Positions 18,281 through 28,565 are shown, counted from the first letter of the stretch. The stretch is DNA of 64,000 nt from Fimbriimonadales bacterium (GCA_041744215.1 JBGTLG010000025.1:75381-139380), one strand, 5' to 3'. Numbers and translations are program-made. Notes: generated by a model from the sequence alone, not told the origin.

Positions 18281-18873
18281 AGCTGCCGACGATATTCAAA
18301 TGCGCTCAGAAGCGTCGCTTGGTCTGCGAAATCCAAGTCACCGCCAACCGGCATTCCGTGTGCGAGTCGCGTAACCACTACTCCAAGCGGCTTGAGCAAT
18401 TGAGCCAAATACAAAGCAGTTGCATCGCCTTCGATCGTAGGATTTGTCGCGATGATGACCTCGTTGACCGCTGCTTTTTCGAGCCTCGCAAGCAGTTCCC
18501 GAAGTTTTAGCCTTTCGGGTCCGACACCGTCCATCGGATCGAGCAAACCATGCAACACATGGTAGGTTCCTCGGAACTCGTGGAGTCTTTCGATTGCTGT
18601 GACGTCCTTCGCTTCTGCGACGACGCAGATGGTGGCTGGGTCGCGCTGATGGTCCATGCAGATTTCGCAGGTTGGCGACTCACTAAAACCCTGACATGTT
18701 GCGCAGAGCGTCATTTTGTCGCGCGCGTCGCGTATGGCGTCCGCCAGTCGACGGACATCTTCCTCAGGTTGGCCGAGGATATAGTACGCGAGCCGCTGCG
18801 CAGATTTTGGCCCGACGCCTGGCAACTTCTCGAGTCGACTGATTAGGTTTGCAAGCGGCTTCGCAAAGAGCAT
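18277..18873 (-). CDS. recR: Recombination mediator RecR
   Basis: LPGVGPKSAQR, C4 zinc finger, YHVLHG, TNPTIEGDATA. Confidence 0.98.
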   Translation of the reverse strand: MLFAKPLANLISRLEKLPGVGPKSAQRLAYYILGQPEEDVRRLADAIRDARDKMTLCATCQGFSESPTCEICMDHQRDPATICVVAEAKDVTAIERLHEFRGTYHVLHGLLDPMDGVGPERLKLRELLARLEKAAVNEVIIATNPTIEGDATALYLAQLLKPLGVVVTRLAHGMPVGGDLDFADQATLLSAFEYRRQL

Positions 18874-19202
18874 TACATGCCCATGCCGGGCGGGAGCGGC
18901 AGGTTTCCAGTTATCTCTTGCATTTTTTGCTGTCGCACGTCGGCAGACTTAGCCTGCCCTTCTCGGATCGCGAGCAGGACAGCATCCTCAAGTGTCTCAA
19001 TGTCGTCCTTGTCTACAAGCTCGCTGTCAATCTTTATCGACAGCAAGTCTCCTGCGCCATTGAACTTGACAGTCACGCCGGTCCGAACCGATTCAATTTC
19101 AAGCATTCGCAGCTCTTCTTCGAGATGCTTGGCGCGCTCCATCGCTTCTTGCGCTTGTTTCATTAGGGAGCCGAGATTGCCCATGCCCTTAGGAAGTTTC
19201 AT
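18873..19202 (-). CDS. ybaB: YbaB/EbfC nucleoid-associated protein
   Basis: LMKQAQ, DDIETLEDAVLLA; dnaX-ybaB-recR synteny. Confidence 0.95.
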   Translation of the reverse strand: MKLPKGMGNLGSLMKQAQEAMERAKHLEEELRMLEIESVRTGVTVKFNGAGDLLSIKIDSELVDKDDIETLEDAVLLAIREGQAKSADVRQQKMQEITGNLPLPPGMGM

Positions 19203-19211
19203 TTGTTGAGA

Positions 19212-20804
19212 TTACTCCGGTTTCACTTGAAAAACGTCTTCTACCAGGCGGGCAAGCGCCTCGCCTTCCACAGGAGATTGTACCGAAGAGGGCTCCTCGG
19301 GAGAAGCCTGGTCTCCCATCAACTCAAATCGCATTTGACAGGATGGGTCCCCCGCAGCTTCTGCAAAATGCACCCGAATGACCTCTCGCAATTCGTCCTT
19401 TTGCTGGATGCGATCGTACTGGAACTTGCTCGTGATACCAACGACGATGACTTCCCCGTCTTTGCCAACGATATCGGTTGCATCAAGCATAGCACCCGCT
19501 GCTTTGTATCGTGTTCGAATGCGATTGACTGCTTCAGCCCAGATTGGACGCAAAGCGACGGCATCGGCGTTAGCCGGAAGCGCAGGCTTTTGCCTCGCGG
19601 CTGGTTTTGCCGATCGCGCTGGTTCCTGTTGATTCGTTTGCGGAGCGGTATCGACGACGGCCTTGGTTTGTCGCGAAGGCTCCGCCTGCACTTTGCGCTC
19701 GGGAACGACCTGTGCAATGGGCGCTGCGTCTATGAGTCTTAGCAGCGAAACCTCCAACCAGAGTCTCGGCAAACTCGCTTGCCTGATTTCCTTGTGGGCT
19801 TCGGCGATCAGCGCGCGGAACGAAACGAGCCGCTCCCTTCCGATCCTGACTGCGACGGCGTGATTTGCGGCTCGGCGCTCGGGATCTGCGCCTTCGGAGA
19901 CATCGACTTCGTAGGCGGCATAGGTCAACTCGCTCAACCGATAGAGAATGCTCTCGAGGATGCCGCGAGGATCCTTACCCCTTCGCACCGCCTCATCTGC
20001 GACGAGAATCACCGTCCCCACGTCGCCTTCAACGGCGGCAATGAGCATCTTGTCGACCTGCTCGTCGTCGACAAAGCCAAGTTGGTCGACGACGCCTGCG
20101 ACGGTGATGTTTTGATCCGAGCGTATCATCGCCTGCTCAAGGAGCGTGAGCGCGTCTCGGAAGCCACCATCTGCCATCCTTGCGATTGCGACTATGGCCG
20201 CTTTCTCCGCTTGAATCGACTCCTGTTCGCAAACGTATTCGAGCCGTCCGACGAGATCTCTGACGGATCCTCTATGAAACTCGTACTTCTGGCATCGAGA
20301 GCGGATTGTTGTGGGGACCTTGGAGTACTCGGTTGTCGCAAGGATGAAGATGACGTGCGGCGGAGGCTCTTCGATTGTCTTCAGCAACGCGTCGAATGCT
20401 TTCGTGGAGAGGTCGTGGACTTCGTCGATGATATAGACCTTGTATCGTGCCTCCATCGGTGCGTAGCGTGATCCTTCGACGATGTGGTTTCGGACATCCT
20501 CGACACCGGACTCGCTGGCCGCGTCGAGCTCGATGACGTCTCCGCCTTGACCCGACATGACGGCAAGGCACATTGCGCACTCGTTGCACGGTTTGGCGGT
20601 CGGGCCTGTCTGGCAATTCAGGGCTTTTGCGAGAAGCCTCGCTGTGCTGGTTTTTCCTGTGCCGCGAGGGCCTGTAAAAAGGTAGGCATGCGCAATCCTG
20701 CCAGCCTCAAGCGCAGACTGGAGCGTTTTGACGATGTGCTCCTGGCCCACCAAATCTTCGAAGGTCTGGCTTCTGTATTTCCTGTAAAGCGCTAAGTGAG
20801 ACAA
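19212..20804 (-). CDS. dnaX: DNA polymerase III subunit gamma/tau
   Basis: ALYRKYR, GPRGTGKT, IIDEVH, LLKTIEEPP, TIRSRCQ. Confidence 0.97.
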   Translation of the reverse strand: MSHLALYRKYRSQTFEDLVGQEHIVKTLQSALEAGRIAHAYLFTGPRGTGKTSTARLLAKALNCQTGPTAKPCNECAMCLAVMSGQGGDVIELDAASESGVEDVRNHIVEGSRYAPMEARYKVYIIDEVHDLSTKAFDALLKTIEEPPPHVIFILATTEYSKVPTTIRSRCQKYEFHRGSVRDLVGRLEYVCEQESIQAEKAAIVAIARMADGGFRDALTLLEQAMIRSDQNITVAGVVDQLGFVDDEQVDKMLIAAVEGDVGTVILVADEAVRRGKDPRGILESILYRLSELTYAAYEVDVSEGADPERRAANHAVAVRIGRERLVSFRALIAEAHKEIRQASLPRLWLEVSLLRLIDAAPIAQVVPERKVQAEPSRQTKAVVDTAPQTNQQEPARSAKPAARQKPALPANADAVALRPIWAEAVNRIRTRYKAAGAMLDATDIVGKDGEVIVVGITSKFQYDRIQQKDELREVIRVHFAEAAGDPSCQMRFELMGDQASPEEPSSVQSPVEGEALARLVEDVFQVKPE

Positions 20805-20818
20805 GCGGCGGCTCCAAA

Positions 20819-20916
<98 letters not shown>

Positions 20917-20963
20917 GTCGCTCTATGATAGCACCGTGCCGAGCCGCTGCCTGCTTGCCTCAC

Positions 20964-22301
20964 TTAGTTTCGCAAAGGCTCTCTTGGGACTCTCTCGATG
21001 AGGTCGCTCTGATCGCGCGTCAATATCTCGACATAGCCTGGGGATCGTATGACTGCTTCAAAGCGGTACTCGCCAGTTCGCAGAATCATGTCACGCGGCA
21101 TCTCGAATGAAGCAAAAAGCGCGTTGTATCCCCGCTTCTCGTCAAACTTGTAGTATCTGCTGTCGGTCATTCCCTCGCCATTCCATCCGATCTTGTCTTG
21201 GATATGGTGGGGGGCATTCCGTGGCCCGAAAAAGAACTCAACGACGACGGTGTCCGACCTGAATGGGTACATCGTCGGGTTTCGCGAAAGATCGATTCGG
21301 CGGTCGAATTTTCCACTCTGCGTATAGAGCAAGTCCATCATGAAAGTCTTGTCTTTGTCAAGTTCATAGTCCATGCTCGGCGCTGGTTCCCAGGGAATAT
21401 CGAAATCTTTGTCTCGAATCACGCATCGTATTCGCGCACCTGCGGAGGGAATTCCCCAGTTCCCTGAGATTCGCAGCACCTTCGGCTGCACAACCTCTAT
21501 CTTGGCGGTGAACTTCAAGTCCACAGGGTTTCGCGTATCGTAGCTGTGCTCTTCATAAACACCTGCTCGTTGACCAAACACTCCACGCGATGCCATTCTT
21601 ATAAGCAGATTGTTCAGATTGTTCGACGCAGTATCGCCTTGGATTCGATCGTCTACGTTCTCGGATATGGCAAACCGGTTCTTGTAATCTGCTTCGAGCG
21701 ACGCGTACCATTCGACGGCCTTGTCAAGTTGACCGTTTCTTAGGTAAGCGCTGGACAAAACTCCCCTGAGCGCCGGGAGCACGTCCGCCTTCGATGTTGA
21801 TTGCTCGAACCATTCGACAGCCTTCGGGTAGTTGTCATCAATCTTGTGGAAGTAGATCCAACCAATTTCGTGGTAGAGGCGGTAGGTCTCGACGTTGTGA
21901 GGAATTCCGTCTTCTAGTAGGCGCAGTGCGACGGGAATGTATCGCCGGTCGGATCTATTCTGCTCGTCAGTGAAGTTGTATGCGATGTGCCATGCGCCTG
22001 TGGAATAGACCTCCATTTGGCGCGGGTCTAACCACGTTATCAGGCGAATGAGAGGCAGGATCGCATCGAATTGGCCATTGTGGAAGTACGTGTCGCTTTG
22101 CACCCACAAAATCCCGGCGACCATTTGGCGAAGGCCGGTCATGGAGGCTAGGAGTTGGTCAACGGACAGCCCTTCTGCGATGCCCGTGTTTCCTGTGCTG
22201 TAGTCCTTTTTCCATGTCGGGTACATCGCTTGCGACACAACCGCTTGAACCACGAAGGCCCCAGCGATTGCCCCCCAGAGTGCTTTTCGTTTTAGTGCCA
22301 T
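20964..22301 (-). CDS. Membrane-anchored TPR-like hypothetical protein
   Basis: N-terminal TM; LWVQSDTYFHNG, ITWLDP, GAWHIAYN and TPR-like helices; last gene of the ABC operon. Confidence 0.75.
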   Translation of the reverse strand: MALKRKALWGAIAGAFVVQAVVSQAMYPTWKKDYSTGNTGIAEGLSVDQLLASMTGLRQMVAGILWVQSDTYFHNGQFDAILPLIRLITWLDPRQMEVYSTGAWHIAYNFTDEQNRSDRRYIPVALRLLEDGIPHNVETYRLYHEIGWIYFHKIDDNYPKAVEWFEQSTSKADVLPALRGVLSSAYLRNGQLDKAVEWYASLEADYKNRFAISENVDDRIQGDTASNNLNNLLIRMASRGVFGQRAGVYEEHSYDTRNPVDLKFTAKIEVVQPKVLRISGNWGIPSAGARIRCVIRDKDFDIPWEPAPSMDYELDKDKTFMMDLLYTQSGKFDRRIDLSRNPTMYPFRSDTVVVEFFFGPRNAPHHIQDKIGWNGEGMTDSRYYKFDEKRGYNALFASFEMPRDMILRTGEYRFEAVIRSPGYVEILTRDQSDLIERVPREPLRN

Positions 22302-22307
22302 TACGAG

Positions 22308-23102
22308 CTAAACCTCCTTGCGGTCGAAGACAAGAACCGCTAGGATGAGAAGTATTCCAATGTATGCGAGCGCATACAACATTCCTTGGGACATGTACAC
22401 GAGTTCATTTCCGCCGATTCGTGCACCGGCGTCCGATGCGGCGTTTGTAGAGATGTCGAGCGTGCTGAAATTGGGCACAGCATAGTGGGCGATTTTTGTG
22501 ATGACCTGCATCGCCGGCTGGTTTCCTCGCTCTCCGAGTGATTCGAAGATTGGATTCAGAAGAGTGCCGAACACGAACACCAGACCGGTCAAGAAGAAGT
22601 TTACGACAGGGGTAACGAATGTCGAGAAGAACATTGCCACAGCTGCAAGGAGGCTCATTTGAAACACGAGCATGATCGACGACCTGATGATCGGGCCCAA
22701 GTCGTTCATGTCGAAAGATTGCTGTTGGATGACAAACGCGACAAGGAGGACAAGCGTCATCATGCCGATCATTAGCGTGAGCGCACCAACCGAGCCGAGG
22801 AACTTGCCCAATAAGAATTGATATCTTTGGACAGGCTTACTGAGGATCGTGTAAATCGTTCGACGTTCGACTTCGTTCGGCAGAAGATAAACAGTTAGGG
22901 TTACGGCCAGAATCGCGGACGTAATCTTGAGGATTCCCAACGTCATTTGAATCAGGACCATCCGCTCGCCACGCGGAGTTAGCTGGTTGAGACTTGGCGC
23001 AATGATCAAGAACGCAAGTCCGACCATGAGAATGATTAGAAGCACCCGGCGCCGGATCGCCTCGCCAAGGGTGGTGCCAGCAATCGCAAAAACCTGACTC
23101 AC
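22308..23102 (-). CDS. ABC transporter permease (ABC-2 / PilI-like)
   Basis: Multi-TM; EVERRTIYTILSKPV.R.QFLLGKFLG; ends in FDRKEV. Confidence 0.88.
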   Translation of the reverse strand: MSQVFAIAGTTLGEAIRRRVLLIILMVGLAFLIIAPSLNQLTPRGERMVLIQMTLGILKITSAILAVTLTVYLLPNEVERRTIYTILSKPVQRYQFLLGKFLGSVGALTLMIGMMTLVLLVAFVIQQQSFDMNDLGPIIRSSIMLVFQMSLLAAVAMFFSTFVTPVVNFFLTGLVFVFGTLLNPIFESLGERGNQPAMQVITKIAHYAVPNFSTLDISTNAASDAGARIGGNELVYMSQGMLYALAYIGILLILAVLVFDRKEV

Positions 23103-24040
23103 TTCGAACCCTCCTTCAATCGCTCCGTAGCACGTGTCACTGTTTCGACGAACAAGTCTTCAAGTCGCTTTCTTCGCGGAATCACGCTGATCACGCGGCC
23201 ACCTGCGGCTCGGATCGCGTCGAGAAAACCGTCGGAGCCGCTGCTGTCTGGCGCATCCACGATGAGGCGTCCACTGTGATTCGACACGATGACGCCGTCT
23301 GTGCGCAACTTTTCGGCTGCGGCATCTGAGACTCCGTCGGCTTGAATTTCAATTCGGCCACCCCTCAGGAGATCATCTAGCTTGCCTTGCTGTTCGACCC
23401 TTCCTCGGTTGAGGATGGCGACTCGGTCGCAGATTCGCTCGACGTCCGAGAGTTCGTGGCTCGAAATGAAAACCGTCTTGCCTTCGTCCCGCATTTGAAG
23501 GATGAGGTCTCGGATCTCGACGTGGGCAATCGGATCCAGGCCGGCCGTTGGCTCATCGAGGAATAGGAGCACAGGGTCATTGAGGAGGCTCTGAGCCAAG
23601 CCTATTCGTTGCTGCATACCTTTCGAGTACTGGGAAATCGTCTTACCGGCGTCGCCAGCGAGATTGACCTTCTCCAGGAGCATCTTGCATTTGGCCACGC
23701 GCTCTGCTGGGGGAATGTTGAAGAGCTTCGCGTAAAAGGTCAGGATCTCCTCTCCCGTCATATGCTCGTAGTAGTACGGCTTTTCGGGCAGGTAGCTGAT
23801 CTTGTGGTGAATCGCCATGTCACCGATCTCTTTGCCAAGGACCCAGGCATTACCGGAGGTCGGGTACGAAATTCCAAGCAACATCTTGATGGTGCTGGTC
23901 TTCCCGGCACCGTTGGGCCCAAGAAATCCGTAGATTTCTCCCTCTTCGACCTCAATGCTGAGGTCGTCGACGACGTTCACTTTGCCGCCTCGCGTGGAGT
24001 AGGTCTTTGTCAGGTGTTCTGTTTTGATTGCTGTCGGCAC
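23099..24040 (-). CDS. ABC transporter ATP-binding protein (PilH-like)
   Basis: GPNGAGKT, YSKGMQQR, LDEP, SSH. Confidence 0.95.
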   Translation of the reverse strand: MPTAIKTEHLTKTYSTRGGKVNVVDDLSIEVEEGEIYGFLGPNGAGKTSTIKMLLGISYPTSGNAWVLGKEIGDMAIHHKISYLPEKPYYYEHMTGEEILTFYAKLFNIPPAERVAKCKMLLEKVNLAGDAGKTISQYSKGMQQRIGLAQSLLNDPVLLFLDEPTAGLDPIAHVEIRDLILQMRDEGKTVFISSHELSDVERICDRVAILNRGRVEQQGKLDDLLRGGRIEIQADGVSDAAAEKLRTDGVIVSNHSGRLIVDAPDSSGSDGFLDAIRAAGGRVISVIPRRKRLEDLFVETVTRATERLKEGSK

Positions 24041-24330
24041 GCAGTTTTTCCCTCGGTTTTAACAATCTTCAGGGCAGTCTCTTAGGGACGCGGAAGTATA
24101 CCGCCGAGCGTCTTCCAACTCGGCTTGGCCTTCGATTCCATACGCCGTGGGCGGTGAATTGGTCTCGATCTGTGCCGTGGAGCTTGCGGGAAATCGAGTT
24201 TTCTTCATGCAAATTGAAAATGGGGCTCCAGTTTTTGCGTTAATACCGTCATAATGATTGGCGTCATCGGCCGAGACCCCGAGGAAGGTGCAGACCACCG
24301 GAATGGGCCCGACGACCGAAGACAAAAGCT

Positions 24331-24377
24331 TGCGGGAACGTGCTTTGCTCTCCTTTCGGCGTTCCCGCACTTTTTTT
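24331..24377 (+). terminator. Intrinsic terminator-like hairpin
   Basis: tgcgggaacg/cgttcccgca 10-bp stem (long loop) followed by cttttttt. Confidence 0.6.
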
Positions 24378-24409
24378 GCCCCCGGTAGACTCTGCTGGAC
24401 TTTGGCGCG

Positions 24410-25384
24410 ATGCGGATCCTTTTCACGGAATGCAAAGAGGGAGATGAGGCTCTTTTCCGAGCGGCACTAGATAGCCTGGAGGTTATCACGACGAACGGAA
24501 CCCTTGCGGAGGCGGACGAAGATGCGGCGATCGGCATTCTGTCTGTCATGGCTCATAGCCACATTGGAACGGACGGGATGGATGCTCTGCCCTCATTGAG
24601 ATTTATCGCCACGAGGTCAACTGGCGTTGACCACATTGATCTTGAATCGGCGAGAGACCGCGGGATCGTCGTCTCCAATGTGCCCAGCTACGGGGGTCGG
24701 ACAGTCGCCGAGCACACGATGCTTCTCATCCTGGCGGTTGCCAAGAACTTGCCTGCGGCTCTCAAGTGTGCGGGCACTGGCAAGTTTGACCTTTCAGGGC
24801 TTGTTGGGGTCGACTTCGCCGGGAAGACACTCGGCATCGTCGGCGTGGGCCAGATTGGGGAATGCCTGGCTACGATGGCCAACGGATTCGATATGGAGGT
24901 TGTCGGCTACGACCCGGAACCTCGGGATGTTCTCGATCTCACCTATGTCGAGCTGGCGGACCTATATCGGCGCTCGGATTTCCTCGCACTCTGCTGCCCC
25001 CTCAATGACGCGACTCGCCACATGATCGGTAGATCGGCCATCGCCCAGCTCAAGCCTGGCGTTTTCGTGATCAACACCGGGCGGGGCGCTGTGATCGACT
25101 CGGTGGCGTTGTACGAAGCGCTCGAAGCCGGGAACGTAGGCGGAGCGGGCCTCGACGTCCTCGAGATGGAGCACCTTCTCCGTCCTGGCGCGCGGGAACC
25201 CGTCGGTGAAAAGGAGGCAGCAATCGTCGCGCTGAACAAGAGCTTGATGTTGCACCAAAGGGTAGTAGTGACACCCCATATGGCCTTCTACACGGCAGAA
25301 GCGTTGGAGCGGATTCGGGAAGTGACGGTCGAGAACATCACGAGATTTCTTTCAGGTTCGCCCACAAACGTCGTGCACAATTAG
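24410..25384 (+). CDS. D-2-hydroxyacid dehydrogenase (D-lactate dehydrogenase-like)
   Basis: RSTGVDHID, NVPSY, GVGQIG, INTGRG, LDVLE, TPHMAF. Confidence 0.92.
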   Translation: MRILFTECKEGDEALFRAALDSLEVITTNGTLAEADEDAAIGILSVMAHSHIGTDGMDALPSLRFIATRSTGVDHIDLESARDRGIVVSNVPSYGGRTVAEHTMLLILAVAKNLPAALKCAGTGKFDLSGLVGVDFAGKTLGIVGVGQIGECLATMANGFDMEVVGYDPEPRDVLDLTYVELADLYRRSDFLALCCPLNDATRHMIGRSAIAQLKPGVFVINTGRGAVIDSVALYEALEAGNVGGAGLDVLEMEHLLRPGAREPVGEKEAAIVALNKSLMLHQRVVVTPHMAFYTAEALERIREVTVENITRFLSGSPTNVVHN

Positions 25385-26967
25385 AGCACGACCGGAGCTT
25401 CTATTGCATGCTCCCCGCCTGCCACCCAGAGATGGTGGCTGACCCGCCAGGCGTGCCACGCTGCTTGGTCTGCCCACCGAATGAAGTCAAGCGTTACGAG
25501 CGTGGCCTCTTGTGTCGACTGGCCCGCCGCGACCTTCGCCAAGGCAGAATGGCGAATCGTCTGCAACGCTGGCTGCAACAGATTCACGTACTCCTCCAGC
25601 TGGCCTCTGGCAGTTGCGGGATCGCGTTCGTGCCACTCGGAAAGGGACTCGAACACGTGGCGCAATCGCGCCCTGGACTGTCCGTCGAAGTCAGAGGGCA
25701 CTTGCGGGAAGACCCGCATCAATCGTTCAAGTTCTGTAAGGTGGTCCAAAGCATGCAGGTTGGATACGTGGCGCCGGTACTCGCTTGGGTCTTGGGGATT
25801 TATAGCGATCACCTCCATAAACCTCCTGGCTTCATCCAGCGCAGGCAGCGCCTGATTCGCGGCGTCGCGAGCGGCGGCGCGGCCATGCTCAACCGACATC
25901 GCGGTGGCACCGGCCTTGCCTAGGATCATGCTGACGTCTTCCAGTGTTCTCCGAACCGCCTCGATCCCGACAGCCCCAACCTGTGCAACGCTTTTATCAA
26001 GTCGGTACGCAATAGGGCTCTTTCTATCGGGAAGGAGACGCTCGACGAACTTTGAGAACGGGATCGTGAGAGGCAAAAAGACCAAGACTCCAACCAAATT
26101 GAATGCCGTGTGAAACGCAGCGACGCTGACTGCGGCCGGATCGCCAGGGATCAGACGGCGAACGCCTTCAGAGATTGACTCGAGAGTGGGCAGCGCTACC
26201 AGCGCGATGACTCCAGTTCCCAGATTGAAGAGGATGTGCGCCACGGCTGTCCGCTTCGCTGGAACGGATGCCCCGATCGCGGCGAAGGTAGCCGTTACTG
26301 TCGTTCCAATGTTCTGGCCAATGACGAGCGCAGCAGCCTCGGGCACACCAATCGCTCCAGCGCTCAATGCCGTCAATGTAGTGGCCACCGCTGCACTTGA
26401 GGATTGCATCACGACGGTCATCGCCGCGCCGATGCCGACAAGCGCGAGAATTCCAAGGATGGATCCGCCGTCGATTCCGTCGAGCGAAATCCTGTCGGCG
26501 AGTCCTCCCATGCCGACTTGTAGCGTGTCGATTCCGACAAAGATAAGTCCGAATCCAGCGAGAGCCGTTCCGAGAGCAACAACTCGGCCCCTGCCCAGCA
26601 TTCGAACAGCGGCCCCAATGCCAACAAATGGCAGTGCTGCGAGTGAGACGTCGAACTTCAGACCGACGAGCGAGACGAGCCATCCCGTGCTCGTGGTTCC
26701 GAGGTTTGCTCCGATGATTACGGCAATTGCGCTGGAAAACGCGATCAACCCTGCGCTCACGAAGCCGATTGTCATCACCGTTGTCGCACTCGATGACTGA
26801 ACAAGCGCAGTAACGCCAAGTCCCGCAAGAAACCCACGAATCGAGCCGCCGGTGAATCGGGTAAGTGCGCGGCGCAACGCGTCACCTGCGAGGCTCCGCA
26901 GCCCCTCGGTTAGTAGGGACATTCCGAGGATGAAGAGGCCCACTCCACCAAGAAGGTACGCGATCAC
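25381..26967 (-). CDS. Na/Pi cotransporter family protein
   Basis: Two QSSS repeats, GANLGTT, GQNIGTT, AFHTAFN. Confidence 0.92.
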   Translation of the reverse strand: MIAYLLGGVGLFILGMSLLTEGLRSLAGDALRRALTRFTGGSIRGFLAGLGVTALVQSSSATTVMTIGFVSAGLIAFSSAIAVIIGANLGTTSTGWLVSLVGLKFDVSLAALPFVGIGAAVRMLGRGRVVALGTALAGFGLIFVGIDTLQVGMGGLADRISLDGIDGGSILGILALVGIGAAMTVVMQSSSAAVATTLTALSAGAIGVPEAAALVIGQNIGTTVTATFAAIGASVPAKRTAVAHILFNLGTGVIALVALPTLESISEGVRRLIPGDPAAVSVAAFHTAFNLVGVLVFLPLTIPFSKFVERLLPDRKSPIAYRLDKSVAQVGAVGIEAVRRTLEDVSMILGKAGATAMSVEHGRAAARDAANQALPALDEARRFMEVIAINPQDPSEYRRHVSNLHALDHLTELERLMRVFPQVPSDFDGQSRARLRHVFESLSEWHERDPATARGQLEEYVNLLQPALQTIRHSALAKVAAGQSTQEATLVTLDFIRWADQAAWHAWRVSHHLWVAGGEHAIEAPVVL

Positions 26968-27136
26968 TTTGCCGCGCTCCGATTGGCGCGGCGTGCGACG
27001 ATCATGCCATGACTCTACCGCGCAGCGGACTACTCGGGCTGATGAGAAGCTAAGCAGGCGGAGGGACGGTTCTTGTGCGTACGCCGAAAAAAATGTGTTG
27101 GCGCAATTGACACACCCTCACCGCCCCTGCGCCCGC

Positions 27137-27814
27137 TTAGGCCGCTTGTTTATGGCTTTGGTTGTCCATCTGCGCCCACAGGTCATTGTCTGCTTCGCGC
27201 ACCGCTTGCATAAATGCTCGAATCGCGCCATGGTCTTTGGCTCCCGGCGCAGACTCAACACCTTCGCAAACGTCGACTGCATATGGCCTAACAGTTCTTA
27301 TCGCTTCGCCGACGGAATCGGGTGTCAGTCCCCCTGCAAGGATCACAGGAAGGCGACATGCCTGAACAAACTCGGATGCGACGTCCCAATTCAGACCTGT
27401 GGTCGAGCGATCCCACTTTGGGCAGTATGTATCGAGGAGAAATGCTGACGCCACTCGCTGAATCTCGAGCAACTCATCGACAGTTGCTTCGGCATCAAGC
27501 CGCAGTGCGCGCACATGCGCCTTCGGCGGGCCGCCTCCAACACTTACGATAACCGGCAACTTCCCTTCTTCCGACTGCAGCACATCGAAGAATGACAACT
27601 GAGGCGGCAACAGAAATTTTGGAACTCTCTGAAACACCGCAACCATCGTCACAAACGGAGGGACGTGATGCTTGCGGCGAAACATCTCGTTGTCTTGCCT
27701 GACGAAGCGCGGGCTCTTGGTTTCTAAGACAAGGCCAATTGCGCTCGCTCCATAACTGACGGACGCTTCTAGGTCTTCCCATCGCGTCACTCCACAAATC
27801 TTTACTCGCGTCAT
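27137..27814 (-). CDS. trpF: Phosphoribosylanthranilate isomerase (divergent)
   Basis: RVKICGVT, SPRFV, FLLD, LAGGLTPDSV, PYAVDV..GVE..PG.KD. Confidence 0.82.
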   Translation of the reverse strand: MTRVKICGVTRWEDLEASVSYGASAIGLVLETKSPRFVRQDNEMFRRKHHVPPFVTMVAVFQRVPKFLLPPQLSFFDVLQSEEGKLPVIVSVGGGPPKAHVRALRLDAEATVDELLEIQRVASAFLLDTYCPKWDRSTTGLNWDVASEFVQACRLPVILAGGLTPDSVGEAIRTVRPYAVDVCEGVESAPGAKDHGAIRAFMQAVREADNDLWAQMDNQSHKQAA

Positions 27815-27905
27815 CTCGGTTCCTCCGCAGTTGGATATTCCCGCGATGTTGCTGGGAGCCTTAGGTGCAAATACGGGGATCCCTCGGCCCGCGCATGGGA
27901 GCTCG

Positions 27906-28451
27906 TTACTTCGCGTGGAGGATATCGCCGGTCGCGCGATTGAAGCGAATCTTCTTGCCCCAGTTCAAAGTTATCTCGACGATATTCGGCGAATCGCTGA
28001 ATTGAAGATCGATTCCGGACGACCACCACCGGGAAGAAACTGTGGCTAAAACGTGATTGGTGATTTCGTCAGCGGTTAGTAAGTCTTCAAGTCGGTAGTC
28101 TTTGAGTGTGCGACCATCATTCGCGTACATCACAAACGAGTGCTCGTATCCAACGCGACCCCAGACATCAAGCGTTACAACTGTTTCAGCTTGAGGTGAG
28201 ACGTACACTCGGTGTGGAACGTACTTGAGCGTCTGCTCCCATTTGCTGCGTCTTTCGGTACCGTCATATGTGAATGCTCGAAAAATGATAGCATTCGGAT
28301 TGTTTCCTGATACGTTTCTTGATATCAGCACCTCGACGCCCGCTGAGCCATCTTCAGCCGCGAAAACTCGCGAGTAGGGAGGGATCCAACTGTCCGCAAG
28401 AGCGGAAGCAGAAATTGCGAGTACGCAGGTTGTAAGTAGGAGTAGCTTCAT
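27906..28451 (-). CDS. Secreted hypothetical protein
   Basis: Signal peptide MKLLLL..ASALA; 181 aa. Confidence 0.75.
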   Translation of the reverse strand: MKLLLLTTCVLAISASALADSWIPPYSRVFAAEDGSAGVEVLISRNVSGNNPNAIIFRAFTYDGTERRSKWEQTLKYVPHRVYVSPQAETVVTLDVWGRVGYEHSFVMYANDGRTLKDYRLEDLLTADEITNHVLATVSSRWWSSGIDLQFSDSPNIVEITLNWGKKIRFNRATGDILHAK

Positions 28452-28565
28452 TTGTTGACTCACTTCCATTTGACGCGCTACTGATTGCCACCGTTGCGTC
28501 CCTGTGGGCACAATCGCCGTTTCCGACTGCAACTGTGGATATTCGTCTAAAATTACCAGTCGCCT

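Noticed and set aside
19212-20804. Programmed -1 frameshift in dnaX
   Set aside because: No A AAA AAG or long A run seen on the coding strand
27040-27136. Riboswitch upstream of the Na/Pi transporter
   Set aside because: Some pairing is possible but it matches no aptamer consensus I recognise and lies upstream of the apparent -10 box
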